Source: Acutalibacteraceae bacterium (GTDB lineage: Bacteria; Bacillota; Clostridia; Oscillospirales; Acutalibacteraceae). From it: a stretch of DNA of 64,000 nt. The translations under genes were made by a program, and so were the position numbers. The stretch covers positions 20,043 through 84,042 of the forward strand of contig JAZSKE010000031.1 of NCBI GenBank assembly GCA_045534675.1. Direction: 5' to 3'. The notes beneath the pieces are model-generated. The model made no database searches, had not been told where the DNA came from, and worked only from the letters and a program-made list of their open reading frames with translations. Shown here piece after piece: positions 8,101-16,517 of this stretch (position 1 is its first letter; the number at the start of each line of letters is the position of its first letter).

Positions 8101-10455
8101 ATGATTTTTTTGAACAAGGATAATGTTTTCCATCTGTCAACTAATAAGACAAGCTATGTTTTCAGAGCGCTTCCTACAGGTCAGCTTGAAGGAATGTACT
8201 ACGGCAGAAAAATCAGAAACTCAGATAATCTCGAATATCTTTATGATAAGCACGCTGCAGGCTACAGCAATGCTACGCCTTATACACAAAAGGATACCTC
8301 TCTTTCACTTGACCATATTGCTCTCGAGTACTCCGCCTACGGCAAAGGTGACTACAGACTTCCCGCTATGGAGCTTATGGCTGCTGACGGCAATTTCACT
8401 ACGGATTTTACCTTCAAGAGTGCTGCCGTAACAAAGGTGAAGCCCAAGCTCAAGGGTCTTCCCTCAAGCTACGGTGAAAGTGAAACCCTTACAGTTATTT
8501 TAGAGGATGCAAAGCTTGGCGCAGAGCTTCACCTTTTCTATACTGTTTTTGAAGAAAGCAACGTAATCACAAGAAGCACAAGACTTTATAACAAGAGCAA
8601 AAGCGAAATCAAAATCAACTCTCTTATGAGTATGCAGCTTGACCTTCAGAGAGGCAAGTACATTATGCTTACCTTTGACGGTGCATGGGCAAGAGAAAGA
8701 TATAAGCACGAGCGTGAACTCACAGCAGGCGAATGTTCTGTAGGCTCAATTTCAGGCTCGAGTTCAAACAGACACAACCCCTTCTTTGCTATCCGTGAAA
8801 TCGACACAACCGAACACAGCGGTAATTGCTACGGTTTCAACCTTGTGTATTCAGGCAACCACATAGCAAGAACCGAAATTTCAACTCACGGACTTCTCCG
8901 TATCCACAACGGTATCAATCCCTTTGAATTTCAGTGGAGCCTCGGAGAAGGGGAGTATTTCGATTCACCGGAAAGCGTAATGACCTTCAGTGACGAGGGT
9001 CTCAACGGCATGAGCCAGAATATGCACGCTTTTGTTAAGGAAAATATTGTAAGAGGCTATTGGAAGGATAAAGACAGACCCATACTTGTTAATAACTGGG
9101 AAGCAACAACCTTCAGCTTTAACGAAAAGAAAATCCTTGAAATTGCAGCTGCAACTAAGGAACTCGGCGCTGAAATGTTCGTTCTTGACGACGGATGGTT
9201 CGGCAAGCGCAACAACGACAAGGCAGGCCTCGGTGACTGGTATGTAAATATGAAGAAGCTCCCCAGCGGCATCAAGGGCCTTGCAGAAAAGGTTAACGCT
9301 ATGGGTCTCAAATTCGGTCTGTGGGTTGAGCCTGAAATGGTTAACCCTGATTCAGACCTTTACAGGGCGCATCCAGATTGGGCCGTAACAACTGATGTTT
9401 ATGAGCCTTCACAGGGCAGAAATCAGCTTATCCTTGACCTTACAAGAGATGATGTTAAGGAATACATAATCAACACAATGACAGATGTTTTCCGTTACGG
9501 CAACATCGAATATATCAAGTGGGATAACAACCGCCACTTCTCTGATGTTTTCTCAAGACGCAAGGACGCAAAGAGTGGCGAATTCTTCCACAGATACATT
9601 ATGGGTCTTTACGAAATCTGGGAGACACTTACAAACCGTTTCCCTGAGATTCTCTTTGAAGCTTGCTCAAGCGGCGGTAACAGATTTGACCTTGCCACCT
9701 TCTGCTATATGCCTCAGTGCTGGACAAGTGACAACACAGACCCCCTCGACAGAATGCACATTCAGTCAGGTACCTCCTACGGCTATCCTCAGTCTGTTAT
9801 GACAATGCACGTTGCTGCTGCAATCAGCTTCCCTGATTTCAGACCCAGCTCAATTGAGCAGAGATTTAATGTATCAGCCTTCGGTCTTTTAGGCTATGAG
9901 CTTGATGTAACAAATCTCAGTCAGTTTGACAGAGCAGCTGTTAAAAAGCAGATAGAGTACTATAAACAGCACAGACGCCTTCTTCAGTACGGTGTATATT
10001 CACGTATCGGCGACATCTTCAAGGATGACAGATGTATGTGGCAGATTACCGCTCCCGATAAGAGCGAAGCTATGTACGGCTATTTTGTTAACAGAATTAC
10101 TCCTAACTGGGGTAACGATGTTATCAAGTTTGTTTCACTGAATGAAAACTGGGACTATGACCTTAAAATCCGTACTCAGCTTCTTTCACTCAAGAATTTC
10201 GGTGATATGATTAATGTACCCATGCCGAAGAAGCTCAATGTTGAAGACGGCAAGTTCTTTGACTTTGTTTGTGAAATGGTTAAGCTTAAGAGTGAAAAGG
10301 AAGACTATATCATCGGCGGCGACGCTCTTATGCACTCAGGCTTCAAGCCTAAGCAGCCCTATAACTATTCAGGCTTCAAGTTCTCAGATTCAAGAATGAT
10401 TCTTGACAACGATTCAAGAATGTATTACATTAAAAAGACAGAAACAGCAGAATAA
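8101..10455 (+). CDS. Glycoside hydrolase family 36 (alpha-galactosidase or alpha-N-acetylgalactosaminidase)
   Basis: 784 aa with the GH36 hallmarks YIKWDNNR (nucleophile region) and EACSSGGNRFD (acid/base region), plus VLDDGWF. Confidence 0.85.
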   Translation: MIFLNKDNVFHLSTNKTSYVFRALPTGQLEGMYYGRKIRNSDNLEYLYDKHAAGYSNATPYTQKDTSLSLDHIALEYSAYGKGDYRLPAMELMAADGNFTTDFTFKSAAVTKVKPKLKGLPSSYGESETLTVILEDAKLGAELHLFYTVFEESNVITRSTRLYNKSKSEIKINSLMSMQLDLQRGKYIMLTFDGAWARERYKHERELTAGECSVGSISGSSSNRHNPFFAIREIDTTEHSGNCYGFNLVYSGNHIARTEISTHGLLRIHNGINPFEFQWSLGEGEYFDSPESVMTFSDEGLNGMSQNMHAFVKENIVRGYWKDKDRPILVNNWEATTFSFNEKKILEIAAATKELGAEMFVLDDGWFGKRNNDKAGLGDWYVNMKKLPSGIKGLAEKVNAMGLKFGLWVEPEMVNPDSDLYRAHPDWAVTTDVYEPSQGRNQLILDLTRDDVKEYIINTMTDVFRYGNIEYIKWDNNRHFSDVFSRRKDAKSGEFFHRYIMGLYEIWETLTNRFPEILFEACSSGGNRFDLATFCYMPQCWTSDNTDPLDRMHIQSGTSYGYPQSVMTMHVAAAISFPDFRPSSIEQRFNVSAFGLLGYELDVTNLSQFDRAAVKKQIEYYKQHRRLLQYGVYSRIGDIFKDDRCMWQITAPDKSEAMYGYFVNRITPNWGNDVIKFVSLNENWDYDLKIRTQLLSLKNFGDMINVPMPKKLNVEDGKFFDFVCEMVKLKSEKEDYIIGGDALMHSGFKPKQPYNYSGFKFSDSRMILDNDSRMYYIKKTETAE

Positions 10456-10480
10456 ATTTTAAATACAAAGGAAAGGTATT

Positions 10481-11620
10481 ATGATGTATCAAGGTAATAT
10501 TATGGCAGTAGAAATAGATAATGAAGTAGTCAAGGTCTGCAGATGTTTTGGCATTAAGGGCGAGCCTGTGGCTCAGAGTGTTTTCACTGACGGACACATC
10601 AACAGCACTCTGCTTCTTGAATTCAATGAAGACGGTCAGCTTAAGAAATACCTCGTGCAGGGTATCAATACACACGTTTTCAAAAACCCGGAAGAGCTTA
10701 TGGATAACATCGTAAGCGTAACAACATATCTCAGAAACAAAATTGTAGAAACGGGCGGCGACCCTGACAGAGAAACTCTCACTTTCCTTAAAGCAGAGGG
10801 CGGAAAGTACTATCATTATGAGGGAGAGAAGTGCTGGAGAATTTATAATTTCATCGATAACTCCCACACCTGCAACAAGATAGAAAACAAGGAGCTTTTT
10901 GAAAATGCAGGCCGTTCCTTCGGTAATTTCCAGAAGCACCTTACAGACTATCCCATGCACTCTCTTCATGAGACTATCAAGGATTTCCATAACACACCAA
11001 AGCGCTTTGACAATCTTGAAGCAGCAGTTGAAAACAATCTTTCGGGCAGAGCAGATACTGTTAAGGCCGATATTGAATTTGCTATGGCACGACGCGCTGA
11101 TTCAGGCAGACTTCTCAAACTTTATAAAGAGGGTCTTATTCCTCTTCGTGTAACACATAACGATACAAAGCTCAACAACATTCTCTTTGACGATGAAACC
11201 AATGAAGGCATCTGCGTAATTGACCTTGATACAATTATGCCCGGCTTTTCACTCTATGATTTCGGTGATGCAATCCGTTTCGGCGGCAACACCACGAGAG
11301 AGGATGACGATAATCTCGATAATGTAAAGATTTCACTTGAGCTTTTTGAAAGCTATGCCGAAGGCTTCCTTTCCGCTTGTGCAAAGGCACTCACAATGGC
11401 AGAGGTTGAAAATCTTGCCTTCTCAGCTATGCTTATGACACTTGAGTGCGGCATACGTTTCCTTACAGACTATATTGACGGTGACGTTTATTTCAGAACT
11501 CATTATGCAGAGCATAATCTTGTAAGAGCAAGAAATCAGTTCAAACTCGTTTATGAAATTGAACAGCACATGGATGAGATGAACGAAATCGTTATGAATA
11601 TTTATAACAAATATATCTGA
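10481..11620 (+). CDS. APH-fold sugar 1-kinase resembling N-acetylhexosamine 1-kinase (NahK/LnpB)
   Basis: DGHINST, PLRVTHNDTKLNNILFD, VIDLDTIMPG, YDFGDAIRFG and EHNLVRARNQFKLV closely follow the pattern I recall for Bifidobacterium NahK. Confidence 0.7.
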   Translation: MMYQGNIMAVEIDNEVVKVCRCFGIKGEPVAQSVFTDGHINSTLLLEFNEDGQLKKYLVQGINTHVFKNPEELMDNIVSVTTYLRNKIVETGGDPDRETLTFLKAEGGKYYHYEGEKCWRIYNFIDNSHTCNKIENKELFENAGRSFGNFQKHLTDYPMHSLHETIKDFHNTPKRFDNLEAAVENNLSGRADTVKADIEFAMARRADSGRLLKLYKEGLIPLRVTHNDTKLNNILFDDETNEGICVIDLDTIMPGFSLYDFGDAIRFGGNTTREDDDNLDNVKISLELFESYAEGFLSACAKALTMAEVENLAFSAMLMTLECGIRFLTDYIDGDVYFRTHYAEHNLVRARNQFKLVYEIEQHMDEMNEIVMNIYNKYI

Positions 11621-11625
11621 TTTAA

Positions 11626-11662
11626 AAGCTGACTGCTTTCGGGTAGTCAGCCTATTTTTTTA
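11626..11662 (+). terminator. Intrinsic terminator after the kinase gene
   Basis: GCTGACT-gctttcgggt-AGTCAGC followed by ctaTTTTTTT. Confidence 0.7.
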
Positions 11663-11709
11663 ATTTGATGTGCAAATGATATAAAAAATATTTAATTTGT
11701 TAAAAACTA

Positions 11710-11738
11710 TTGACAAATCGTCTAAAAACATGTATAAT
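11710..11738 (+). promoter_or_regulatory. Near-consensus sigma-A promoter of the orphan unit
   Basis: TTGACA, 17-nt spacer ending in TG, TATAAT. Confidence 0.6.
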
Positions 11739-11744
11739 GAAGAC

Positions 11745-12110
11745 GAAATAAAAGAAAGGGGTGTTACCAATGTACTGTTTAGTTTAATTCGCAGAGTGTG
11801 AATTATCCTGCTTTGCGGATAAGGAATCCGTAAAGTGAGATTTAAATTAAATAGTGAAAGGTAAGCTTATTACAAGCGAAAACAATTAAGATATTTCATA
11901 CGATGCGTGATCGGATTATATATAAGCCTTATATGAGCGGATGTTAACAGAGGTGTGATTTGTATGTTTTGCAAACAGCCTGAATTTATTCGTTATTCGA
12001 AATCAAATCGCATACATAAAGAAGGCATAAAATTTAATATTTATCTATAACTGAAAAAAATTATTTTAATAAGAAAACGAGGCGGTGAAGATACTGCTTC
12101 GTTTTTTCGT
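11745..12110 (+). ncRNA. Orphan promoter-to-terminator unit (~365 nt) with no long ORF; candidate sRNA or cis-regulatory leader
   Basis: Bounded by the consensus promoter (11710-11738) and an intrinsic terminator (12074-12110). The only coding potential is a 28-codon sORF at 11964-12050 with a GAGGTG RBS. Confidence 0.3.
12074..12110 (+). terminator. Intrinsic terminator or attenuator
   Basis: AAAACGAGGC-loop-GCTTCGTTTT stem with a G-U pair valid only on the + strand, followed by a T-run. Confidence 0.65.
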
Positions 12111-12140
12111 TTTCCATAATATTACCGGTCGTCTTTTTAA

Positions 12141-12169
12141 TTGACAAAAATGCAGTGAGGTAGTATAAT
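12141..12169 (+). promoter_or_regulatory. Consensus sigma-A promoter for the 1313-aa gene
   Basis: TTGACA, 17-nt spacer, TATAAT. Confidence 0.6.
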
Positions 12170-12206
12170 TAAATGGCAAAAATCAGAAAGAAAAAGGATT
12201 GTTAAT

Positions 12207-15200
12207 ATGAATCAGTTTTTTTATGATGAAATTAAATGCAGTGTCACGGCTTTAAAGAAGGCGGGTATTGACCCTACACTTTATCTGGATGATGAAATTA
12301 TAATTGTTTCAGATGAGCATTCACTTGCCGCTTATCTTGCAGGCTTTTTCACTGTAGGTAATAAAAAATCACCTTATGTCAATGTTATTACAGGCGCAAA
12401 GCCTCAAAACGCTGACATTTATTCTTATTTGTCTGCTGAGGTCAAGACTCAGCTTGTTCTCTGTGAGAATTATGATGAGTTCATAAACAGGGGAACAGGC
12501 ATAGACAAAAAGCACATATACTACTTTGCTAATTTACAGCTGCCTGAATATGAGAAAGCAGACTTTGTTTCTGCGAAAAAGGCTGACCTTGAAAGATGGC
12601 TGGATTACTGCAGTGAAAATGAAGGTTCCTTTGTTTTTGTACCCGTATTCAACTTCTCAAAGCCTTTTGAAGAGGGCGTAATCAGTATTTCTGAAAGAGA
12701 AATGGAGGCTGTAGCAGGTTCTGATGCAGACTTTTCTGCCGGAAGACTTCTTCTTGAACTTGAAGAAATTTGCCGCAAGCATTTCAAAGAGAAGAATATA
12801 CCAATGAATATTGTCCGCTTTGATAATATTTTCGGACCTATGGTAAAGGATACAACTAAGCTCGGCATTGATAAAATTATAGGTGAGCTTGCCCAAAACA
12901 ATAAAATTCTCTTCAAAAAGTCCGACAGCATCACTCACTACACGGGCTGTTATATCCGTGAAGCAATTACTGCGGTTTATGCAGTAAGCGTAATAGGAAA
13001 AAACGGTAACATCTATAATGCGGCTAATTATAACTTTACCATACACGATGTTAAGGATGCTCTTTATACTCATTTTGCTTCAAAAAATCCCGTGTGTGAT
13101 TTTGACGATGATATGATGGACGGTTGGGTTACTCAGAAGAACTATGAGTGCCTTGCCAATCTGAAGATACAGTCTCTGGGTTGGGCGGAAGAAACACCCT
13201 TCGGTGAAGCAATTTACAGAACTGCCCTTATTACGGTTGAGCAGGAATATAAGGGCGACTTTTATGTGGACATCTATCAGGGTAAGATTGAGCGCATCAA
13301 GCGTATTGAAATGGATATAATGCGCGAAATTGACCGCATATGCCGTGAAAATAATATTAACTATTTCCTTGTCGGCGGTTCACTTTTAGGTGCAATAAGA
13401 CACAAGGGATTTATCCCCTGGGACGATGATATTGATATCGGTATGCTTCGTGAGGATTTTGAAAAGTTCCGCAGACTCTGTCCTAAGGTGCTTCCCTCAC
13501 ACCTGAGCTATCAGTCATATACAGATGAGCCTACATCTCACTATATCTTTGACAAGGTGCGTCTTAAGGACACTTATTTCAGCACAAAGTTCTCCAATAA
13601 ATTCATTGATATAGAAAATGGTATTTTCATCGATATCCTTGTTTATGACAGAACTGCCAATTCCGACTTTTTCCAGAAGCTTCATATAAATTCAATTCGC
13701 TTTTTCCGCCGTCTTATCAATATCCGTTGGGTCGGCAAGGCAAGACGAGGCATACACTACACTGCATCTAAGATAATGCTTCCCATAATGAAAAAGGTGC
13801 CGTTCCTTACCTATCACTACTTCTTTGAAAAGGCACTTCAGATGTTTGATTTTAAGAAAAACAGCAAATATCTTATTGACGGTGTAGGTCAGAACCTTGA
13901 AAAAGGCCCCTTCCCCATGGATTGGTTTGAGGAGCTTATTGATGTACCTTATGAAGATATGATTTTCAAGGCACCCAAAGCCTATGATGCATATCTCAGA
14001 CACTGGTACGGCAACAGATATATGGAATTGCTGCCTCTTTCGTCAAGAAATTCGGGTCACGCCCTTGCAAGACTTGACCTTGGCAGATATCTCTATAAAG
14101 ATACGGAAAATATGCCCGTACGTGAGGTTGACCTTAACGGAGAGCTTTTTGAAAAGCTTGTTTATGAAAACAATCAGGACGGCATGGACGAAAACTTCCT
14201 TGATGAGATTTCACTTATTGACAAAGAAATTCTTATGAATAATATGAAGCACGGAGCCCTTAACAAGAGTGAAATCAACATTATAGGTGACGAACACACT
14301 CTTGCTGCTTACCTTGCCGGATATTATATGTACCGTAACAAGGCGCAGGGAGAGGGCAGTGTCAATGTTATACTTGAAGGTAAGTGCCGTAACAAAAAAC
14401 TCTATGACCAGATAAGTGAAGAATTTGACGGTAACGGTCTTTTCAATGTTTATGACAGTATTGACAAATACTACAGTATGAGTAAGCCAAATTCCAAGAA
14501 GGTTTATTTCTATCTTGCAAATCTTCAGCTTGATGAATACGCAGACTATGAATTTGTAAGAGAAAAGAAGAAAAATCTTCGCAAGTGGCTTGCACTTTCA
14601 AGAAACTCAAGCGGCAGATTTGTCTTTATACCCTTTTTCAATTTTGCAAAGCCCTTTGACGGTGGCGTTGCCGCAATATCAGAGCGCGAGGTTGAATCCA
14701 TAGTGCTTTATGAAAAGGATTTCCGTCAAGGCAGAATACTTCTTGAGCTTGAGGATGTATGCAGAAAATCCTTCTCATATACAAAAAATCCACTTAATGT
14801 TGTTCGCTTTGACAATATTTTCGGTCCCTTTGTTGAGGATACATCAAAGCTCGGTTTCGGCAGTGTACTCAAAGAGCTTAAAGAAAATAACTCAATTACC
14901 TTCAGAAACAGTGACAGCATTGTTAATTATTCAGCATGCTACATCCGTCAGGCGGTTACTGCAGTGCATTGCGTTGCACTCAAGGGCAGAATAGGCAATA
15001 TTTATAATGCGGCAAATTATAACTTCACACTTCACGATATCAAAACACTTCTCTACGGTGCTTTTGCTGAGAGAAATCCTGCAGTGAGCTTTGTTAACGA
15101 TATTGATAGAGTGCCGCAGGAAAAACTGTATGAGCGTCTCGGTAACCTCAAACTCAGAGATATCGGCTGGACTGAGGTGACACCTCTTGATGAAGCACTT

Positions 15201-16148
15201 GCAAGAACAGTTTATGCTGACCTTGAAAGCAGCGGAGATGACAAGATAAGCCAGACACTCTATCAGGGTAAGCTTAAGAAAATCCGCCAGCTTCAGCTTG
15301 AAATCATAGCCGATGTTGACCGTATATGCCGCAATAACAATATCAGATATTTCCTTGTGGGCGGCTCACTTTTGGGTGCAGTCAAATACGGAGGCTACAT
15401 TCCTTGGGAGGATACAATTGATATAGGTATGTTCCGCGAGGATTATGAAAAATTCAAGGTTGTTTGTCCTAAGGAGCTTTCAGATAAGCTGAAATATCAG
15501 AGCTATGAAAAAGGCTCATCAACTCATTTTATACACGATAAAATCCGTCTCAATGATACAGGCTTCTTCACCGCCGTTTCAGAAAATCATAAGCTTGTTG
15601 ACCTTGGTCTGTTTATTAATGTTTATGTTTACGATAAAACGGCAGGTACTACAATCGGCAGACAGCTTCACTCCTTTACGGTGCAAAATCTCAGAAGACT
15701 TATTAATCTTCGTTGGCAGAATAAGGCTGTACCCGGACCTCACTACAGACTTTATAAGCTTATTCTTCCCTTTGTCAGAATGGTACCCTTTAACCTTTAT
15801 CATGTTATGCTTGATAAGGTGCTTCGCCGTTACAGCAAGAAGGAAAACTGTGTCTTCCTCATTGACGGTGAGGGATTAAGCCTTCACAAGGGTGCTTTCC
15901 CCGCAAAGTGGTTCTATAATCTTGGTGAAATGGAATTTGAAGGTGTCAAGCTTCCCGTACCCGAGTATTATGACGATTATCTCAAGCACTTCTATGGCGA
16001 AAACTATATGAAGACAATTCCTGAGAGTAAGCGTCACAGCGGCAGAAAAATTCTTCGTATCGACCTTGGTAAATATCTCTATGACGAAACGGCAAATGCT
16101 GTAGCTCACAAGAAAAATGCCAAAGGCGAACTCTTTGAGGAATTATAA
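12207..16148 (+). CDS. Tandem-duplicated [degenerate extended-SDR-like domain + LicD-family phosphotransferase domain] x2 protein
   Basis: 1313 aa. The two halves (about aa 1-652 and 653-1313) align end to end. Each half has an RFDNIFGP / IYNAANYNFT epimerase-like core and a YFLVGGSLLGA...PW(DDD/EDT)IDIGM LicD signature. No TM segments are visible. Confidence 0.8.
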   Translation: MNQFFYDEIKCSVTALKKAGIDPTLYLDDEIIIVSDEHSLAAYLAGFFTVGNKKSPYVNVITGAKPQNADIYSYLSAEVKTQLVLCENYDEFINRGTGIDKKHIYYFANLQLPEYEKADFVSAKKADLERWLDYCSENEGSFVFVPVFNFSKPFEEGVISISEREMEAVAGSDADFSAGRLLLELEEICRKHFKEKNIPMNIVRFDNIFGPMVKDTTKLGIDKIIGELAQNNKILFKKSDSITHYTGCYIREAITAVYAVSVIGKNGNIYNAANYNFTIHDVKDALYTHFASKNPVCDFDDDMMDGWVTQKNYECLANLKIQSLGWAEETPFGEAIYRTALITVEQEYKGDFYVDIYQGKIERIKRIEMDIMREIDRICRENNINYFLVGGSLLGAIRHKGFIPWDDDIDIGMLREDFEKFRRLCPKVLPSHLSYQSYTDEPTSHYIFDKVRLKDTYFSTKFSNKFIDIENGIFIDILVYDRTANSDFFQKLHINSIRFFRRLINIRWVGKARRGIHYTASKIMLPIMKKVPFLTYHYFFEKALQMFDFKKNSKYLIDGVGQNLEKGPFPMDWFEELIDVPYEDMIFKAPKAYDAYLRHWYGNRYMELLPLSSRNSGHALARLDLGRYLYKDTENMPVREVDLNGELFEKLVYENNQDGMDENFLDEISLIDKEILMNNMKHGALNKSEINIIGDEHTLAAYLAGYYMYRNKAQGEGSVNVILEGKCRNKKLYDQISEEFDGNGLFNVYDSIDKYYSMSKPNSKKVYFYLANLQLDEYADYEFVREKKKNLRKWLALSRNSSGRFVFIPFFNFAKPFDGGVAAISEREVESIVLYEKDFRQGRILLELEDVCRKSFSYTKNPLNVVRFDNIFGPFVEDTSKLGFGSVLKELKENNSITFRNSDSIVNYSACYIRQAVTAVHCVALKGRIGNIYNAANYNFTLHDIKTLLYGAFAERNPAVSFVNDIDRVPQEKLYERLGNLKLRDIGWTEVTPLDEALARTVYADLESSGDDKISQTLYQGKLKKIRQLQLEIIADVDRICRNNNIRYFLVGGSLLGAVKYGGYIPWEDTIDIGMFREDYEKFKVVCPKELSDKLKYQSYEKGSSTHFIHDKIRLNDTGFFTAVSENHKLVDLGLFINVYVYDKTAGTTIGRQLHSFTVQNLRRLINLRWQNKAVPGPHYRLYKLILPFVRMVPFNLYHVMLDKVLRRYSKKENCVFLIDGEGLSLHKGAFPAKWFYNLGEMEFEGVKLPVPEYYDDYLKHFYGENYMKTIPESKRHSGRKILRIDLGKYLYDETANAVAHKKNAKGELFEEL

Positions 16149-16160
16149 TCTATTCAGATG

Positions 16161-16200
16161 TTACCCTGCAGGGATTATCCTTGCAGGGTAATTTGATATT
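16161..16200 (+). terminator. Intrinsic terminator after the LicD-type gene
   Basis: TTACCCTGCA-11 nt-TGCAGGGTAA followed by TTTGATATTT. Confidence 0.7.
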
Positions 16201-16221
16201 TCGAGTGAGTTTGTGCAATAT

Positions 16222-16311
16222 GGGCGGCGGCTCCATACCCGAATTTCATTCGGGTCGGCTACATGAAGTAGCCGTAAATCGCCAAGGCGATTTAATGGAG
16301 CCGCCTGCCGC
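16222..16311 (+). repeat. Cloverleaf-like structured intergenic element, copy 2
   Basis: Same architecture as copy 1. Hairpin 2 is extended to 7 bp (CGGCTAC-atgaa-GTAGCCG). Confidence 0.8.
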
Positions 16312-16387
16312 TGACCGATTTTGCGGGAAGATAGCTGTATATTATTGCTGCTTCCCCGCAATTCCGAATTTGGCATTCCGAATTTTC

Positions 16388-16416
16388 TTGACATAGCTGT
16401 CAAAAAATAGTATTAT
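16388..16416 (+). promoter_or_regulatory. Sigma-A promoter for rnj
   Basis: TTGACA, 17-nt spacer, TATTAT. Confidence 0.5.
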
Positions 16417-16517
16417 ATACTATAATGGTTTACTATGGGTAAATAGCGTTAATTATAAATCAGATGTTGAATATATAACTGCTAAACAAATATAAGAAAG
16501 GAGTGCAGAACTGTTTA

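Noticed and set aside
11718-12134. TCGTCT hexamer: an inverted pair TCGTCT...AGACGA flanks the -10 of the orphan promoter, and it occurs again 7 nt upstream of the -35 of the LicD-gene promoter. I considered it as a shared operator.
   Set aside because: A 6-mer occurring three times in ~500 nt of AT-rich DNA is not statistically compelling, and the arms do not extend beyond 6 bp. It is worth rechecking only if it is conserved in orthologous loci.
12207-16148. Internal duplication of the 1313-aa gene as a recent tandem duplication or an assembly artefact
   Set aside because: The two halves are clearly alignable at protein level but heavily diverged at nucleotide level, with many substitutions and a different acidic motif (DDDID versus EDTID). 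The reading frame is continuous. This is an old, maintained duplication.
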